A DNA stretch of 64,000 bases from the NCBI GenBank assembly GCA_043228905.1, contig JBHGNT010000015.1:7006001-7070000 (forward strand), in the 5' to 3' direction. Shown in pieces: positions 23,880-36,800 of this stretch (positions are counted from its first letter, which is position 1; each line of letters opens with the position of its first letter). Below the pieces are notes generated by a model, which ran no database searches, was not told the origin of the DNA, and worked only from the letters and a program-made list of their open reading frames with translations. Both the position numbers and the translations under genes were made by a program. This DNA is from Azolla caroliniana. Taxonomy: Eukaryota > Plantae > Polypodiophyta.

Positions 23880-25142
23880 TGTAGGCTCTTATTTCATTTC
23901 CCAAATGCAATAATCTATGGTGTTGAGCAAATGCCCTATGACGGCAATAAAAGATTGGTTGTTGGTAGTTCAATTGAAGAGCAAAAGATATATTGGGTGC
24001 CTTGAGGAAAAACAAAAAAATATTGAGCGAACCAAAAAGTACACTGGTGATCAGGATGTGGATTGCTAGGATGTCTTCTTTAATCATCAACATACAATAT
24101 TAGATCACCACTTTACAGGGTATTGGCCACTACAAAATCAATTCGAATGGGAGCTTGGTGGCCCATCAATGGCAATCATGACTCCTTTACAACCACTAGA
24201 TAATCTTGAATTGAATAATCTTGTTCGTCCACAACAAAGAGATATTTACGTGGGACCAAGATTATCACATGCTGCAGAGGCGCGGTGGCAAGGCAATCTA
24301 CATGAGCTACAAGTTGGTATGTTGGTTGCAACATTAGTTGGGGGTGATAAGTTGGGCCATCCCTTCTGGACTGCCAAAATAATTGAAATTATTAAGGATG
24401 ATGAAGGCAATCAAGTAAAGTCTATTATGGTTCATTGGTATCATACCTCTTCCAAAGATGCATTTACTGGGAAGTACTCTTTAGAGATGGTTAAGTATGT
24501 CAAAGGCACAAGAAGAAAGCGGAGAAGAAAGAATCTACCAAGCACGTCTACTCTAGCACTTGATAATGTCGACATACGCATGTATGACTTCTCCTTGACC
24601 AAAACAGGCCATCTAAGACAGACTACAATCAAGATAATAAAAGAGAAGATCCCAGATGTGCCTGTTAACGCAACACGGAGAGACACAAGGAGTATGTCTC
24701 ATAATCACGGTGATGTTGGATTGCAATTGGATGAAGACAATGCATTGGTTGCTAGTGATGATGAGGATAAGACCTCACAAAGCTCTTCTAGTTCATCAGG
24801 TGGGTCTAAAGGGGAAGGCGTATCTTTGGGAAGTGATGGATCCCATATATGAAATGTAAATATTGTATGTTACATCAATATGACAATTCACAAATATGTA
24901 TAAATATACATGTTAGTCATTTTGTAATTTTTTTACGTTCTCTTGTAAATTTCACATGTCGATTATTAGTGGCATTTTTTGAAAGCTCTAAATTTTTGGA
25001 CATGGTATAAATCAATATATTTTGATTCAATTTCCAAAACCCTTTACGCATGTCATGGTCCTTTTTGTGAAATGACCTACTTTGTGCCTTTTTTGGACAG
25101 TTTGTTCTTAAATTGTGACATATTACCTGTTTCAAATGACCC
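23880..25142 (+). mobile_element. Probable 3' fragment of a DNA transposon (ORF 24169..24852 with Tudor/SH3-like tail), ending ...AAATGACCC
   Basis: LQVGMLVA...HPFWTAKIIE...IMVHWY pattern resembles C-terminal domains of DUF7869/Sola-like transposon proteins (recalled, not searched); abrupt switch to gypsy RT at ~25143. Confidence 0.4.
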
Positions 25143-25555
25143 TATGTTTGTGTTCAATAAGCGAAATGCAAACCAGTTACCGGCACATCGCCCCTATGAT
25201 TGCCGAATCGAACTACAAGATGGCACACATCCACCATTTGGGCCCATCTATGGGTTATCTGAACCTGAACTTGAGGCTCTTCGCACATATCTAGTTGAAA
25301 ACTTGGCCAAGCGCTTCATTCAGCCCTCCAAATCACTAGTTGGTGCCCCACTCTTATTTGTCAAGAAGAAGGACGGCTCAATTCCAAAACTCCTCGACCA
25401 ACTTCGAACCAGGCATATCTTCTCCAAAATCAATCTTCGGGGAGCCTACAATCCGGTGTGTATCAAGCCTGGAGACGAGTGGAAAACAGCCTTTTGGACA
25501 CGCTATGGAAATTTCGAGTACAAGGTGATGCCTTTTGGTCTCACCAATGCCTTCC
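25143..25555 (+). pseudogene. Chromovirus-type gypsy reverse transcriptase fragment
   Basis: [64 protein letters not shown]. Confidence 0.85.
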
Positions 25556-28500
25556 GGACACACTATGGACATTACTTTGGAACATTCTAGAAACTTTAGG
25601 AGTACCTGAGAGTACTATAAATAGAGGCACATGGCATTATTCAGAACGAATTCGGTTCAACGCCTGTCTTAAGCCTCTTAGCTAGCTACTCTTGTATTTT
25701 CTCTTCATATAATATACCACTTGTTATCATCATTATCTTCTCTCTCTCTCCTTCTCTTGTGAGTCTACACACTTTTCCCCTTCTTAGTACTAATCTTCAT
25801 TCTTCCTATTGAGAATCAAGCTCAACATAGTGCAACGTGTGAACACACCACCACTACTCTCTACACATTAACTATGTGCAATCATGAAGGATTTGAACAT
25901 CTTGTACCATTGTCGTGGAGCTTTTTTCAATCCATACAAGCTTTTCTTCAGTTGACACACCAGGTTCTCTTTTGCCTTCTCCACAAAGCCTTTAGGCTGC
26001 TGCAATGTAGATCTCCTCATCCAGTTCCCTATGCAAGAATGTTGTCTTGACATCCAACTATTCGATCTCCAAATCCATGGTCGCAACAATGCTCAGAACT
26101 GTTTAGATGGATGTCATCTTCATGACTGGTGTGAATATTTCGTCGAAGTCGACACCCTTTTTCTGTTGGAACCCCTTCACCAAAATGTGGGCTTTGTACC
26201 TGGGTATGTTGTCGACTTCTCCAGTCTTCACCTTGTAGACCCATTTGATTCTGAGTACTCTCTTACTTTTCGGTAGTTCTACCAAGTCATAGGTGTAGTT
26301 CTCATGCAAGGAGTCCATCTCCTCTTTCATTGCATTCAGCCATTTCTCCTTGTGCTCATTAGCTATGGCTTCTTCATAGCACTCCGACTCACCTTCATCA
26401 GTCAAGAGGATGTATTGATTGGCATATGTCATTGGTGCTCTCCTTTCGCTGAGTGGGTATCTCCTTCCATTCGTTGTTGTCTCCAATTCGGATGTCTCTA
26501 TCGACTCTACTCTTGGCTCGGATTCATATGTGTCGATCAGTCACTGGGGTTTAGCTAATTTCGATTCATAGTCCTTGATTGACTTCAATAGGTCTACCAA
26601 CTCCGACTCTTCTGTGTTTGTCAGTTGCTCCAAATCGACCAACTCAGATTCGGTTGTGCTAACTGGTTTTTCTCCGAACAACCAATTGTGTCAGTTCACT
26701 TGGCCTACGTCGGTGGTAGTGGGAGTCAACTGGGAAGTCGATTCCGACGTTTGTTGCTTCCAGCCCTCAATCATCTTGTCTTCCAAGAAGCCTACATCTC
26801 AACTCTTCACAACTTTCTTATCAACTAAGTCCCATAGCCTGTAGCCGAACTCGTCCTCTAACTATCCCATGAGTATGCATGGTTTTGACTTACTATCGAG
26901 CTTCGACTTCTTATCCTTAGCCACATGCATATACACTAAGCATCCGAACACCCTCAGGTGTTGGTAGGAGACATCCTTTCCTATCCACACCCTTTGTGGG
27001 ACATCACCTTTCAATGGTACTGAGGGAGACATGTCGATCATATAAACAGTCGTGTACATCGCCCAACCCAATACGATTTTGGTAGTTTAGCATGAGAGAG
27101 CATGCTCCTTACTCTCTCCATGATTGTTTGATTCATCCTCTCTGCAAGTTCATTCAACTCAGGGGTCTTCGGTACAGTGTATTCGATTCGAATGCCCTAG
27201 GCCTTGCAGTATTCCTCAAACTACACTTTATATTCTCCACCATTGTCAGTTTAGACAGCTTTCAGCTTCCAACCTGACACTCGTTCAGTTCTTGCTTGGA
27301 ACTCCTTCAACATTGAAAGTACTTGATCCATTGAATTTAGTACGAAGGCTCATGTCTTCCAACTATAGTCATTGAGAAACGTTAAGAAGTATTGTCCACC
27401 TCGATGTGATGGAGCATCTACATAGCACACATCCGTGTGCACTAGTTCTAGTGCAGCTTCTCTTCTTTTTGGTGGACTTGTGTGCAATGTCGTTGGGTTC
27501 TGCTTTCTGACTAAGTAGTCGACACACTTCTCCAAGTGTACTCCTTTCACTTTTGGGAGAAGTTCCTTGTCGGCCAGGATGTGCCTTCCTTTTTCACTCT
27601 CCAATGCCGGCTATCTTGCACTCTCAATGATCTCCCATCTTTACATAGCCATGATCCTCGGCTTTGTGAGTTAAAAAGCACTCTCTCGACGGACTTATGT
27701 GGAATGATGCACCCGAGTCGATTACCCAGGTGCACTCTTCACTTGCAAGATTCGTGCTTGCTTGCTCACAAATGAACAGGACCTCCTCCATACTTGTAGT
27801 TACGGCCGATGTGCCCTTTTCATCAGGAATCTTCCTAGTTTCGACATTATTGCCCACACTCTTGTCCTTCTTGAGGTGTCAGCAGTCCTTTTGAAAGTGT
27901 CTAGGCTTTCCACAATAGAAACATGTTAGCTTACATCTGGACTTGGATCTGGCATGGGACTTTTCTCTCGTTGGTTGACTCCTTTTTTCGGTTTTTTCCT
28001 CTGCCGATTTGTTGAGTCAAGTTTGACTCCGACTGGGCCAGGACTGTTCGGAATTCGATCCCTCCAGATGGGATCCGGATGAGAACCAGACGAGTCGGAT
28101 CAGACGATCCGGATGAAGGAACCGGATCTGGAAGGGTTCTGGATGAGACTCGGAAACCGGATCAAGTGAATCCAGATGGATCCGGTGCAAATCGGATCCA
28201 AAGACATATGTGTAAATATGTTTCATAGTGAGCCCATCGAGGCTATATTTGTAAATAGCCCAAAAGTCATATAAGTATAAATATGACTTAGGGCAATCAC
28301 TTTATGTATAGAAGTGAGGTGGTTATTTTTAGGTGTAGTATATTTTTGTATACAGAGAGTGAGAGTGAGAGAGAGAGATACAGAACTAGTTTTCCTGTTG
28401 TAACCACCAATTTGGCGAAGACATAGAGCTCGAGGTCGTTGCCTCTGAGTATCGCATTGTATTCCTTCTCTCATAGTGATAGTTGGAGTTTGTGGGCTCT

Positions 28501-28642
28501 TGTGGTTTTTCCCATTTAGGGTTTTCGACGTTAAAATTTAATGTCATCTCTGTTTTAGTTTGTTCTCTTCTATTCCTTGTTGAAGACTCCATTGTGGCCG
28601 AGCATTATTTCCGCACAAACTGGTATCAGAGCATAAAAGGGA

Positions 28643-31600
28643 ATGGAAGAATCATTCGGCGGCATGTTCAAGCTCACCAACTCCAACTACCCAGTGTGGA
28701 AGTCGAAGATGAGGAACATGCTCGTGGTAAAAGATCTTTGGCTGCTGGTACAGTTTGGGGACAAGAAACCCGATAAGATCGATGCCGTGACATGGGAGGT
28801 GATGCACATGAAGATAGCGGTGTACATCCAGTGCTTCATCGACATGAGCCTATATAACAACTTCAATGAAGAAAGTAAAGCTCATGTGCTCTGGGAAAAA
28901 ATCGGCACCATGTTGGAGAGTAAAAACGCCATAAATCAGCTTTCGGTATTCCGGAAGTTAGTGAAACTCCAGTACCAGGACGGATCCAGCATAGCCAAGC
29001 ACATGAACGCATTTCAGGGGCTCATAAACCAAACAACTTCGCTCGAAGTACCTCTAGCTGACGAGGTACTTGCATTGCTCTTGTTCGGTTCCCTCCCAGA
29101 TAGTTGGGAGACGCTAGTAGTCACTTTGGGCAACGCTGGGCCGGAAGGAGAGCAGTTGTCCCTAGCAAAGGTAAAATCAAGCTTGCTAGATGAAGAAGCT
29201 TGCCGGAAGGACCGGGAGTCCGGAACTGATCCGAAGGCCTTGGTCATGGAAGATGACCATTACCGGGGAAGAGGCCAGTATCGGAGTCCCCAAAACCGAG
29301 AAAAATCGGGGACGAGGTCGAAGTCAAGGGGGAGGCCTACTTGCTTCTATTGTGGGAAGCCGGGGCACTTCCAGAAAAACTGTCGGCGTTTCCGGAAAGA
29401 GAAAGGAACCGACAGTGCCGATTCGAAGAAGGGTTCGGACCGGAATGGTTCAGACCGGAAAGGCTCGAATCAGAAGAGAACGTCGACAATCATGAAAAGT
29501 GTAGAAAAACTGTTGCTCATCACCGAGGAGAATGAGTTAAACCTTGTCGGCGACGAGACAACGTGGGTTGTCAATTCCGGAGCATCGTTCCACCTGACAC
29601 CGAACCAGAGATGCTTCTCATCCTACACAACCGGAGATCACGGTTGTGTCTGGATGGGGAATGAAGGATGTTTGACACGTTCCGGAGGTTCGGTTGAACC
29701 TGATATCAGTTGGTCGACTAGATGATGAAGGCTACACAGGTAGCATCCGGAACGGAGTCATGAAGTTCAACAAGGGAAGCTTGATTGTGGCTTGAGCCCG
29801 GAAGATCAACACATTGTACCTTATGCATGCCCGGATATGTCGAGAAGAAGTGAACGTAGCATCCGACACTATCGGTGAGCTGTGGCCAGAAGGGGATGAG
29901 AAGAGTTGCTGAAGACAACCTCATTCTGGAGGTGAAAGAGGTGCATCTTGAGAAGTGCATTGATTGCTTGGCCAACAAGCAAAACCGAAGCTCCTTCCGG
30001 TCAAGACCACCCATGAGACAGAATGCACCACTGGAGTTGGTGCATACCGATGTGTGTCAAGTGGACACGAAATCACATGCCAAATCGCAGTACATCGTGA
30101 TGTTCATAGATGACCACAGCCGGAATTTGTGGGTCTCACCGTTGAAGAAGAAGGATCAAGTGTTGTCTATCTTCAGGGAACTCCACGCGAGAGTGGAAAG
30201 GGAAACCGGGCGGAAGCTAAAGGTGGTTCGAGCAGATAACGAAGGAGAGTATCGGGGGAAGTTCAAGGAGTCCTGTCGATCGAAGGGAATCCGGCTCGAA
30301 TTCACCGTGCCGAAGCCATCAGAATTGAACGGGTTGGCCGAATGGATGAACCGGACCGTGATGGAGAGAGTCCGGAGCATGCTGGCACATGCAAAGCTAC
30401 CCAAGACATTTTGGGCTGAGGCATTGATACCGGCGATGTATGTGGTAAACAGATCACTCTCAGCACCCTTGGACGGAGACACACCACAAAGAGTATGGAC
30501 CGGTAAAGACGTGTCTTACCGGCATCTAAAGGTGTTCGGGTGTCTCGCATATGTGCATGTTGCAAAGGACAAGAGAGCAAACCTGGACCGAAGTCCAAGC
30601 CATGCATATTCCTCGGATACGGCGATGATGAGTTCGGTTACCGGGTGTGGGATCTGGTCGACAAGAAGGTGTTCCGGAGTCGAGACATAGTCTTCATGGA
30701 AGACAGGACCATTGCCGACTAGGAGTCGGAGAAGAAGGTGATGAACTCCGGATCATCCAATGAAAACCAGCTTGAGGGCCCAAGGACTTACCCGGTTGAA
30801 AACCAAATGTTAGCCGAGAATCGGATGACACTCGACGAACCGACCGGATTCAGACAAGAAACCGAACCAACCGAAGAAGAAGAAGAAGACACCAGAACCA
30901 AACAAGATCCCGAATTGGATTTAGATGAGGAACAAATGGAGGAACCGGTAGTCAGAAACCAAGGACGAAGATACCCTCTCAAGGAGAGAAGAGCCCCCCG
31001 GAGATTTCCGGATGCATAGCACGTATTGCTAACCGATGAGGGGGAGCCGGAAAGCTTCGAAGAAGCAAAGAAAGACACCCACAGCCGCAAGTGGTTAAGT
31101 GCCATGCAAGACGAGATGGATTCCCTGCATGAGAACCACACATATGAATTGACGGAACTACCGAAAGGAAAGAGAGCACTCCAGAATAAGTGGGTGTACA
31201 ACCTGAAACCGGGAGACACTGAAAATCCACCGATGTACAAGGCACGGATCGTGGTGAAGGGTTTCCAGTAGAAGAAAGGTGTGGATTTCGATGAGATCTT
31301 TGCCCCGGTAGTAAAGATGACATCCATCTGGACGGTATTGAGCATGACAGCAAGCCTGGACCTTGAGGTAGAGCAATTGGACGTCAAGACGACATTCCTA
31401 CATGGTGACCTCGAAGAAGAGATCTACATGCATCAACCGGAAGGATTTGAGAAGAAAGGGAAGGAGCACCTGGTGTGCTGGTTGAAGAAGAGCTTATACA
31501 GATTGAAGCAAGCCCCCCAACAATGGTATCGGAAGTTCGACTCCTTCATGACGGATCAAGGGTACCACAAGACACAAGCCGATCACTGCGTGTTTGTGAA

Positions 31601-32084
31601 GAAACTTGACAGAGGAGATTTCCTGATATTGCTCCTATACATGGACAACCTGTTGATCGTTGGACAAGACCAAGTCAAGATCCGAATGCTGAAGAAGGCC
31701 CTAAACCGGACCTTCTTAATGAAAGACTTGGGTCTAGCAAGACAAATATTAGGGATGCACATTATCCGGGACCGGAAGAAAAAGTTATTGTGGTTGTCAC
31801 AAGAAAAGTACGTGACAAAGGTGCTTCAACAGTTCAACATGTCGGAGGCAAAACCAGTCAGATCGACACTTCCGGCAAATTGCAAGTTGTCCGGAAAGCA
31901 GAGCCCGAAGATAAAGGTAGAGAAGTTAGATATGAAGAAGATACCATATGCCTCTGCCATCGGAAGCTCAATGTACACAATGCCGTGCACCCGGCCGGAT
32001 ATTGCATATGCTATCAGAGTAGTCAACCGGTTCATGAGCAATCCGGGAAGAGAGCACTAGAACGCGGTCAAGTGGATACTCCGG
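28643..32084 (+). pseudogene. Copia gag-pol with frameshifts and stops
   Basis: ORFs 28643..29725, 29875..30690, 31026..31271 and 31281..32060 are collinear with 10032..14108. Confidence 0.92.
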
Positions 32085-33104
32085 TGTCGTGATGTGGCAT
32101 GCTCGAGAGTGGTAAAAACCGGCGAAAGGGGGGTCAAAATGTGCATGTGCAATTTGTGTGCACACAAAAGCGATTAATTGTGCATATGCAAAATAAAAAG
32201 GAAAAGAAAGGGTGAAAAGGAGGTATAGAAACTCGTGCAAAAAGTAAGAGAGAGGACAGATAAAAGGTAGAGGGGATACAGGCTATGAATTTTTAAAGAT
32301 AGAATTATATATTATATAAGAAAGAGTTAGTGGGCTAATGGATAGTCACATTGACTACTAGCTAGAGGTGCACGGTTCAAATTTGGACTTATAGTGTAGC
32401 GTGATTTAAGGAATTTTATTCCTTTTTCATTGAAGACAAATTTGGCGACCCCCCCTTCTTTTTTTCCTATAAAAGGAGGTCGAGTGGGGCTCATTCGGGA
32501 GGACGTTGTCGTGCCTTACGGCTCCGGATCGTTGCGTGAGTTGGGTGGGAACCGCTGAGGTTTTGGACTAGGAGGAAAGAAAATTCTAAGGCAATTAAGA
32601 ATATGAAATATATTGTAAGAAAGAAAGATATGAAAACCTCGTGAATCCCACGAGTATAGTGTATTAGTGAGTAATTAAATTAAGAGAGAATAGTTAGCAA
32701 ATTCGTGAATCCCACGATTATCTTATATTAATCAACCCTTGTAAAATAATCAACAACCTCTATACATCTTTCTCTCTTCCTTATATAGTGTTGGAAGAGT
32801 CTAAGTTTATCACATGCAAGCATCATGCTTTTTCTATCTTTAGTTTTCATGCACACTGCATGTGCATGATTAGTTTTCTATCTCATCTTTTCTTTTTAAC
32901 TCGAGTGTCTATGCATGAATAACTTTTGTACCATGCCTGTCAAGAAATTTTACATGGAATAAAGTTTAGTATAACTTTAAAATTCATAATACCCTACTAT
33001 AATGATAAAGCTTAACATTATTAACATGGAGGTGCAAGATTCGAATCTTGCCCTATGCATGTAATATATATATTTTTAATACTTTCTTCTATTTACAAAT
33101 ACGT

Positions 33105-33824
33105 TGACAGGAACTGCACGCTCCCTATGCGCCACACTCGGCCACAACCGAGCTTAGAATCATACACAGAAAACGGGAAATAATGAACGACACGAAAAAG
33201 AGACGAGTACGCAGGATGTTTACGTGGAAAACCCAAACTAAGGGAAAAACCACGGCAGCCCACAGGCTGGAAACTATCACTATGCTAGAATGTACAACAG
33301 TGAGTTCACGGAGGCAACGACCTCGTGCTCACGATCCTCGCCACAGGCGGCGGTTACAACAGAGGCAACGACCTCTTTCTCTCTCTCTCTCTCTCTTTGT
33401 ACACGGTTTTTCGCTATCTCTCTCCTTGCACCAACAAGAATGACCACAACGACCGTGATCTAAAAGTTTGCCCTAAGTCATATTTATACTAATATGACTT
33501 TTCGACTATTTACAAATATAGCCTCGATGGACTCTTAGAAACATATTTACGAATATGTCTCTTCATCCGGTGAGCACTTCTCACCGGGTCTGCACCATCC
33601 GACTCTTCGTAGCCGGGTACTCCTCATTCGGTCTTTACCGGGTCTGCACCATCCGGCTCTCCGTAGCCGTGTACTCCTCATCCGGTCTTCACCGGGTCTG
33701 CACCATCCGGCTCTTCGTAGCCGGGTACTCCTCATCAGGTCTTCACCGGGTCTGCACCATCCGGCTCTCCGTAGCCGGGTACTCGTCATACGGTTTCCCA
33801 TCCGGAGGGACCTGTCTCCCAACA
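33105..33824 (-). mobile_element. Copia solo LTR (same family group as the 9329 LTR) with 4 x 54-bp tandem repeat
   Basis: Minus strand begins TGTTGGGAGACAGGTCCCTCCGGATGGG; TSD TACGT/TATGT; absent from the sister LTR at ~42800. Confidence 0.88.
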
Positions 33825-36800
33825 TATGTCTCTTCATCCGGTGAGACTCTCACCGGCCTTCTTCATCCGGCTCTTTCTGGTTCTACTTCATCCGGTGCTT
33901 CATAGTTTTCTTTGTTCGGTTCTTACCGGGACCTCCTTACCGATCTCTTCGTCCGTTTCTCACCGACTCTCATCGGCCTTCTTCATCCGGCTCTTGCCGG
34001 GTCTCCTTGCCGGTTTCGGTCCTTACCGGTTCCTTCTTCCGGTTCTCACCGGGTACTCCATGTCCTATCCGGAGAGACCAAAAATGTAATTTTTCACGTA
34101 GTGTACGAATTACACTACGACACTTGCCCCCTCCGAACCCGCACATCCTCCGGTATGTGCTGAAGTCCCCGATGCTTGCTATTCACCTTCATCCGAAGCT
34201 TCCTCCGATTCTCCCCTTAAGTCGACTATGAGTTCTAATCCACTTTCTTCGCTTTCCGCATCACCACGATCTTTGTCCGATTGCTCCTTCTGGTCGGTTT
34301 TGTCTAGGATCACATAGGGTTCTTCATCAGTCCGCTTCTTGAAAATCTTCACCCATTTCCCGGCTATAGGCACTCGCAGCATCGTTCCATCCAACTCGCA
34401 TAGTCGGTAAGTTCCGTTGTCGAAAACTTTCTGAACCTCATATGGCCCGAACCACCTTTTCGCGAACTTCCGCATCGTTGTATGTTGATGATCCAAACTA
34501 CTATCGTAGACAATCACCTAATCTCCTTCTTCAATCTTCCGCAGTCGTAGTCGGTGCTTAATGTCGAACCGGCTTTTATTCCGGAATCGCGCTTCTTGTT
34601 GTCGGCGTATTGCTTCCGCTATGTCTTCCGGTCTTCCCTCCAGTTGTCGTATTCGGACCGCTAGTAGTTCTTCCCGGCTCATCTCTTCCTTCCATGGTAG
34701 CATTGTCCATGTCGCGATTGCGGTTTCTGTCGGCATTACTGGTGCTTGTCCGGTCATGAGTTCTGCCGGCATGTAACCGGTTACGGAGCTATGCGTCGTC
34801 CGATCCGCCCATAGTGCATACAGAAGCATATGCGGCCAATCCTTCACCCTTCCGTCGCATGCTTTGGCAAGTGCTTTGACGATCGGACTATGTCCTCACT
34901 CGACCTTCCCGTTGGCTTCCGGATTGTATGTCGTTGTTAGTGTTAACCGAACTCCATGTTTGGCGAAGAATCCCCTAGCTTTATTAGAGTCAAGTTCACC
35001 CCGATCCGCAATCACTTGTCCTACGCACCCATACCTGCAAAACACTTCTTCCAAAAGGAATTGACATACCGCAAAACACGTTTTTCTTCGTAGCGCCCGA
35101 CCTTCTACTTGAGTTGTGAGATCTTCCCGAGCTAACACCAAGTATTTCTTTTGTCCGATCCCGGTTGGTATGGTTACAATGTCGACCATCCATTTGAAGT
35201 TGATTGTCGGTGAGAATGTCGGACGTAACACAACTCGTGTCGAACTCCGGAGTAGATTTGACACTTCTCGCAGCTTTCCGTGAACTCCGCGACATCTTTG
35301 TACATATTTTTCCACCAATATCTTTGCTTGATCTTCCCAAATGTTGCCCATGTTCCCCGATGTCCAGCCCAATCAGATCGTGAAATTCGGACATTACCTG
35401 GTTTCGTTGCTCTTTTGTCCTGACTACTCGAAGTGGTATGCCACCCGGTCTTTTCGGCTCCCTCCATAAAAATCCATTTTTCAAGAAGAACTTTCGGACT
35501 TGCCGTTTCTTACTTCGGATCTCGGCTCTCTTCTCTTTATTGTCCGATGATTCCTCGATTTCTCGTAGCATTTTCCCGATCAACAAGCTTTCTCCCTCGT
35601 ATTCTTCTTCCCGGAATTCTTGGATTACGTCCACCTGGTATATGTGCTCCGAAGCAAAGTAGTCTTCGGAAACTTCTTCATTATCGGATTCGGTTATGTC
35701 ATCTCCGAACCGCACCCTTGACAGCATATCCGCTACAGCGTTGTCTTTTCCGGAGATGTGTCTTACCTCCGGATTAAGTGACTTAACATATGCAATCCAT
35801 CTTAGCATAGCCACATCCGGTATCGTGCAACACCGCATCATCCCGAGTATCGGAAGACAATCTGTTTCGATCACTACTTCGGCTCCGATCAAATAATCTC
35901 GATCCGATTTGATTGCCGACACGACTCCCCACAATTCTCTTTTAACTTGTGCATATCCGCGTTGCCTTTCATTGAGAACCTTTGCTCCGAATCGGATCGG
36001 ATATCACGAACCTTCCGGATCGGCTTGATTGATGACCCATCCGATTCCGGTTGGACTTGTGTCAACCGTTACTATGATCGGTTGGTCATAGCTCGGCTTC
36101 TTTAGTGCTTCTGCCCTCCGTAGTGATTTCTTGAGCTTCTTCACGGCTTTGGTATGCTCCGGTTTCCATTCAAACCTCTTACCCTTCCGAAACAAGTGAT
36201 AGAGTGGGTCCGCAATATGTGCGTAGTGCGGAATCCATATGTGATAGAATGCACATGCTCCAAGAAACCTTCGGACTTCGGATTGTGAATCGCATACTTC
36301 TTTCATAGCTTGAATCGCATCGATCTTGGTTGGTGACGGTCTTCGGCCGTAGGGCCCACATAGATGTCCGACTACCAATATTTCTTCTTCTCCGAATGCC
36401 GATTTCTCTCCGGAAAGTGTTAGATGCACATCTTCTAACTTCCGTAACACTTTCTCACAATCACGGATATGGTTGACTACAAACCTTCGTCATCCCCGTT
36501 CATCCATAGCTTCATATTTTTCTTCCACCGCACACCCTTTCATCGGAATGTCATCTAGGAACGGCATCGTTATCTCCGGTATGCAATCCCGGAGCACCTT
36601 GTTCATCGCATTCATCATATGTGCGACTGAGTTCGTCGCGCCTTGTGGTAGCGTACACATCCAGACTAATCCTATCGGTGTCCGCATGGTAGTGATGTCT
36701 CGGCTATTCACAGCTAGTTGGAATTGGTCATATCCAGAGTATAGTTCTCCGATGGAGTATATCGTGCAACCGGCAAATGCTTCCGCAAATTCGTCCACTA

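Noticed and set aside
24979-25590. Single 203-aa gene
   Set aside because: Chance fusion of non-coding element end (to ~25142) with a gypsy RT fragment
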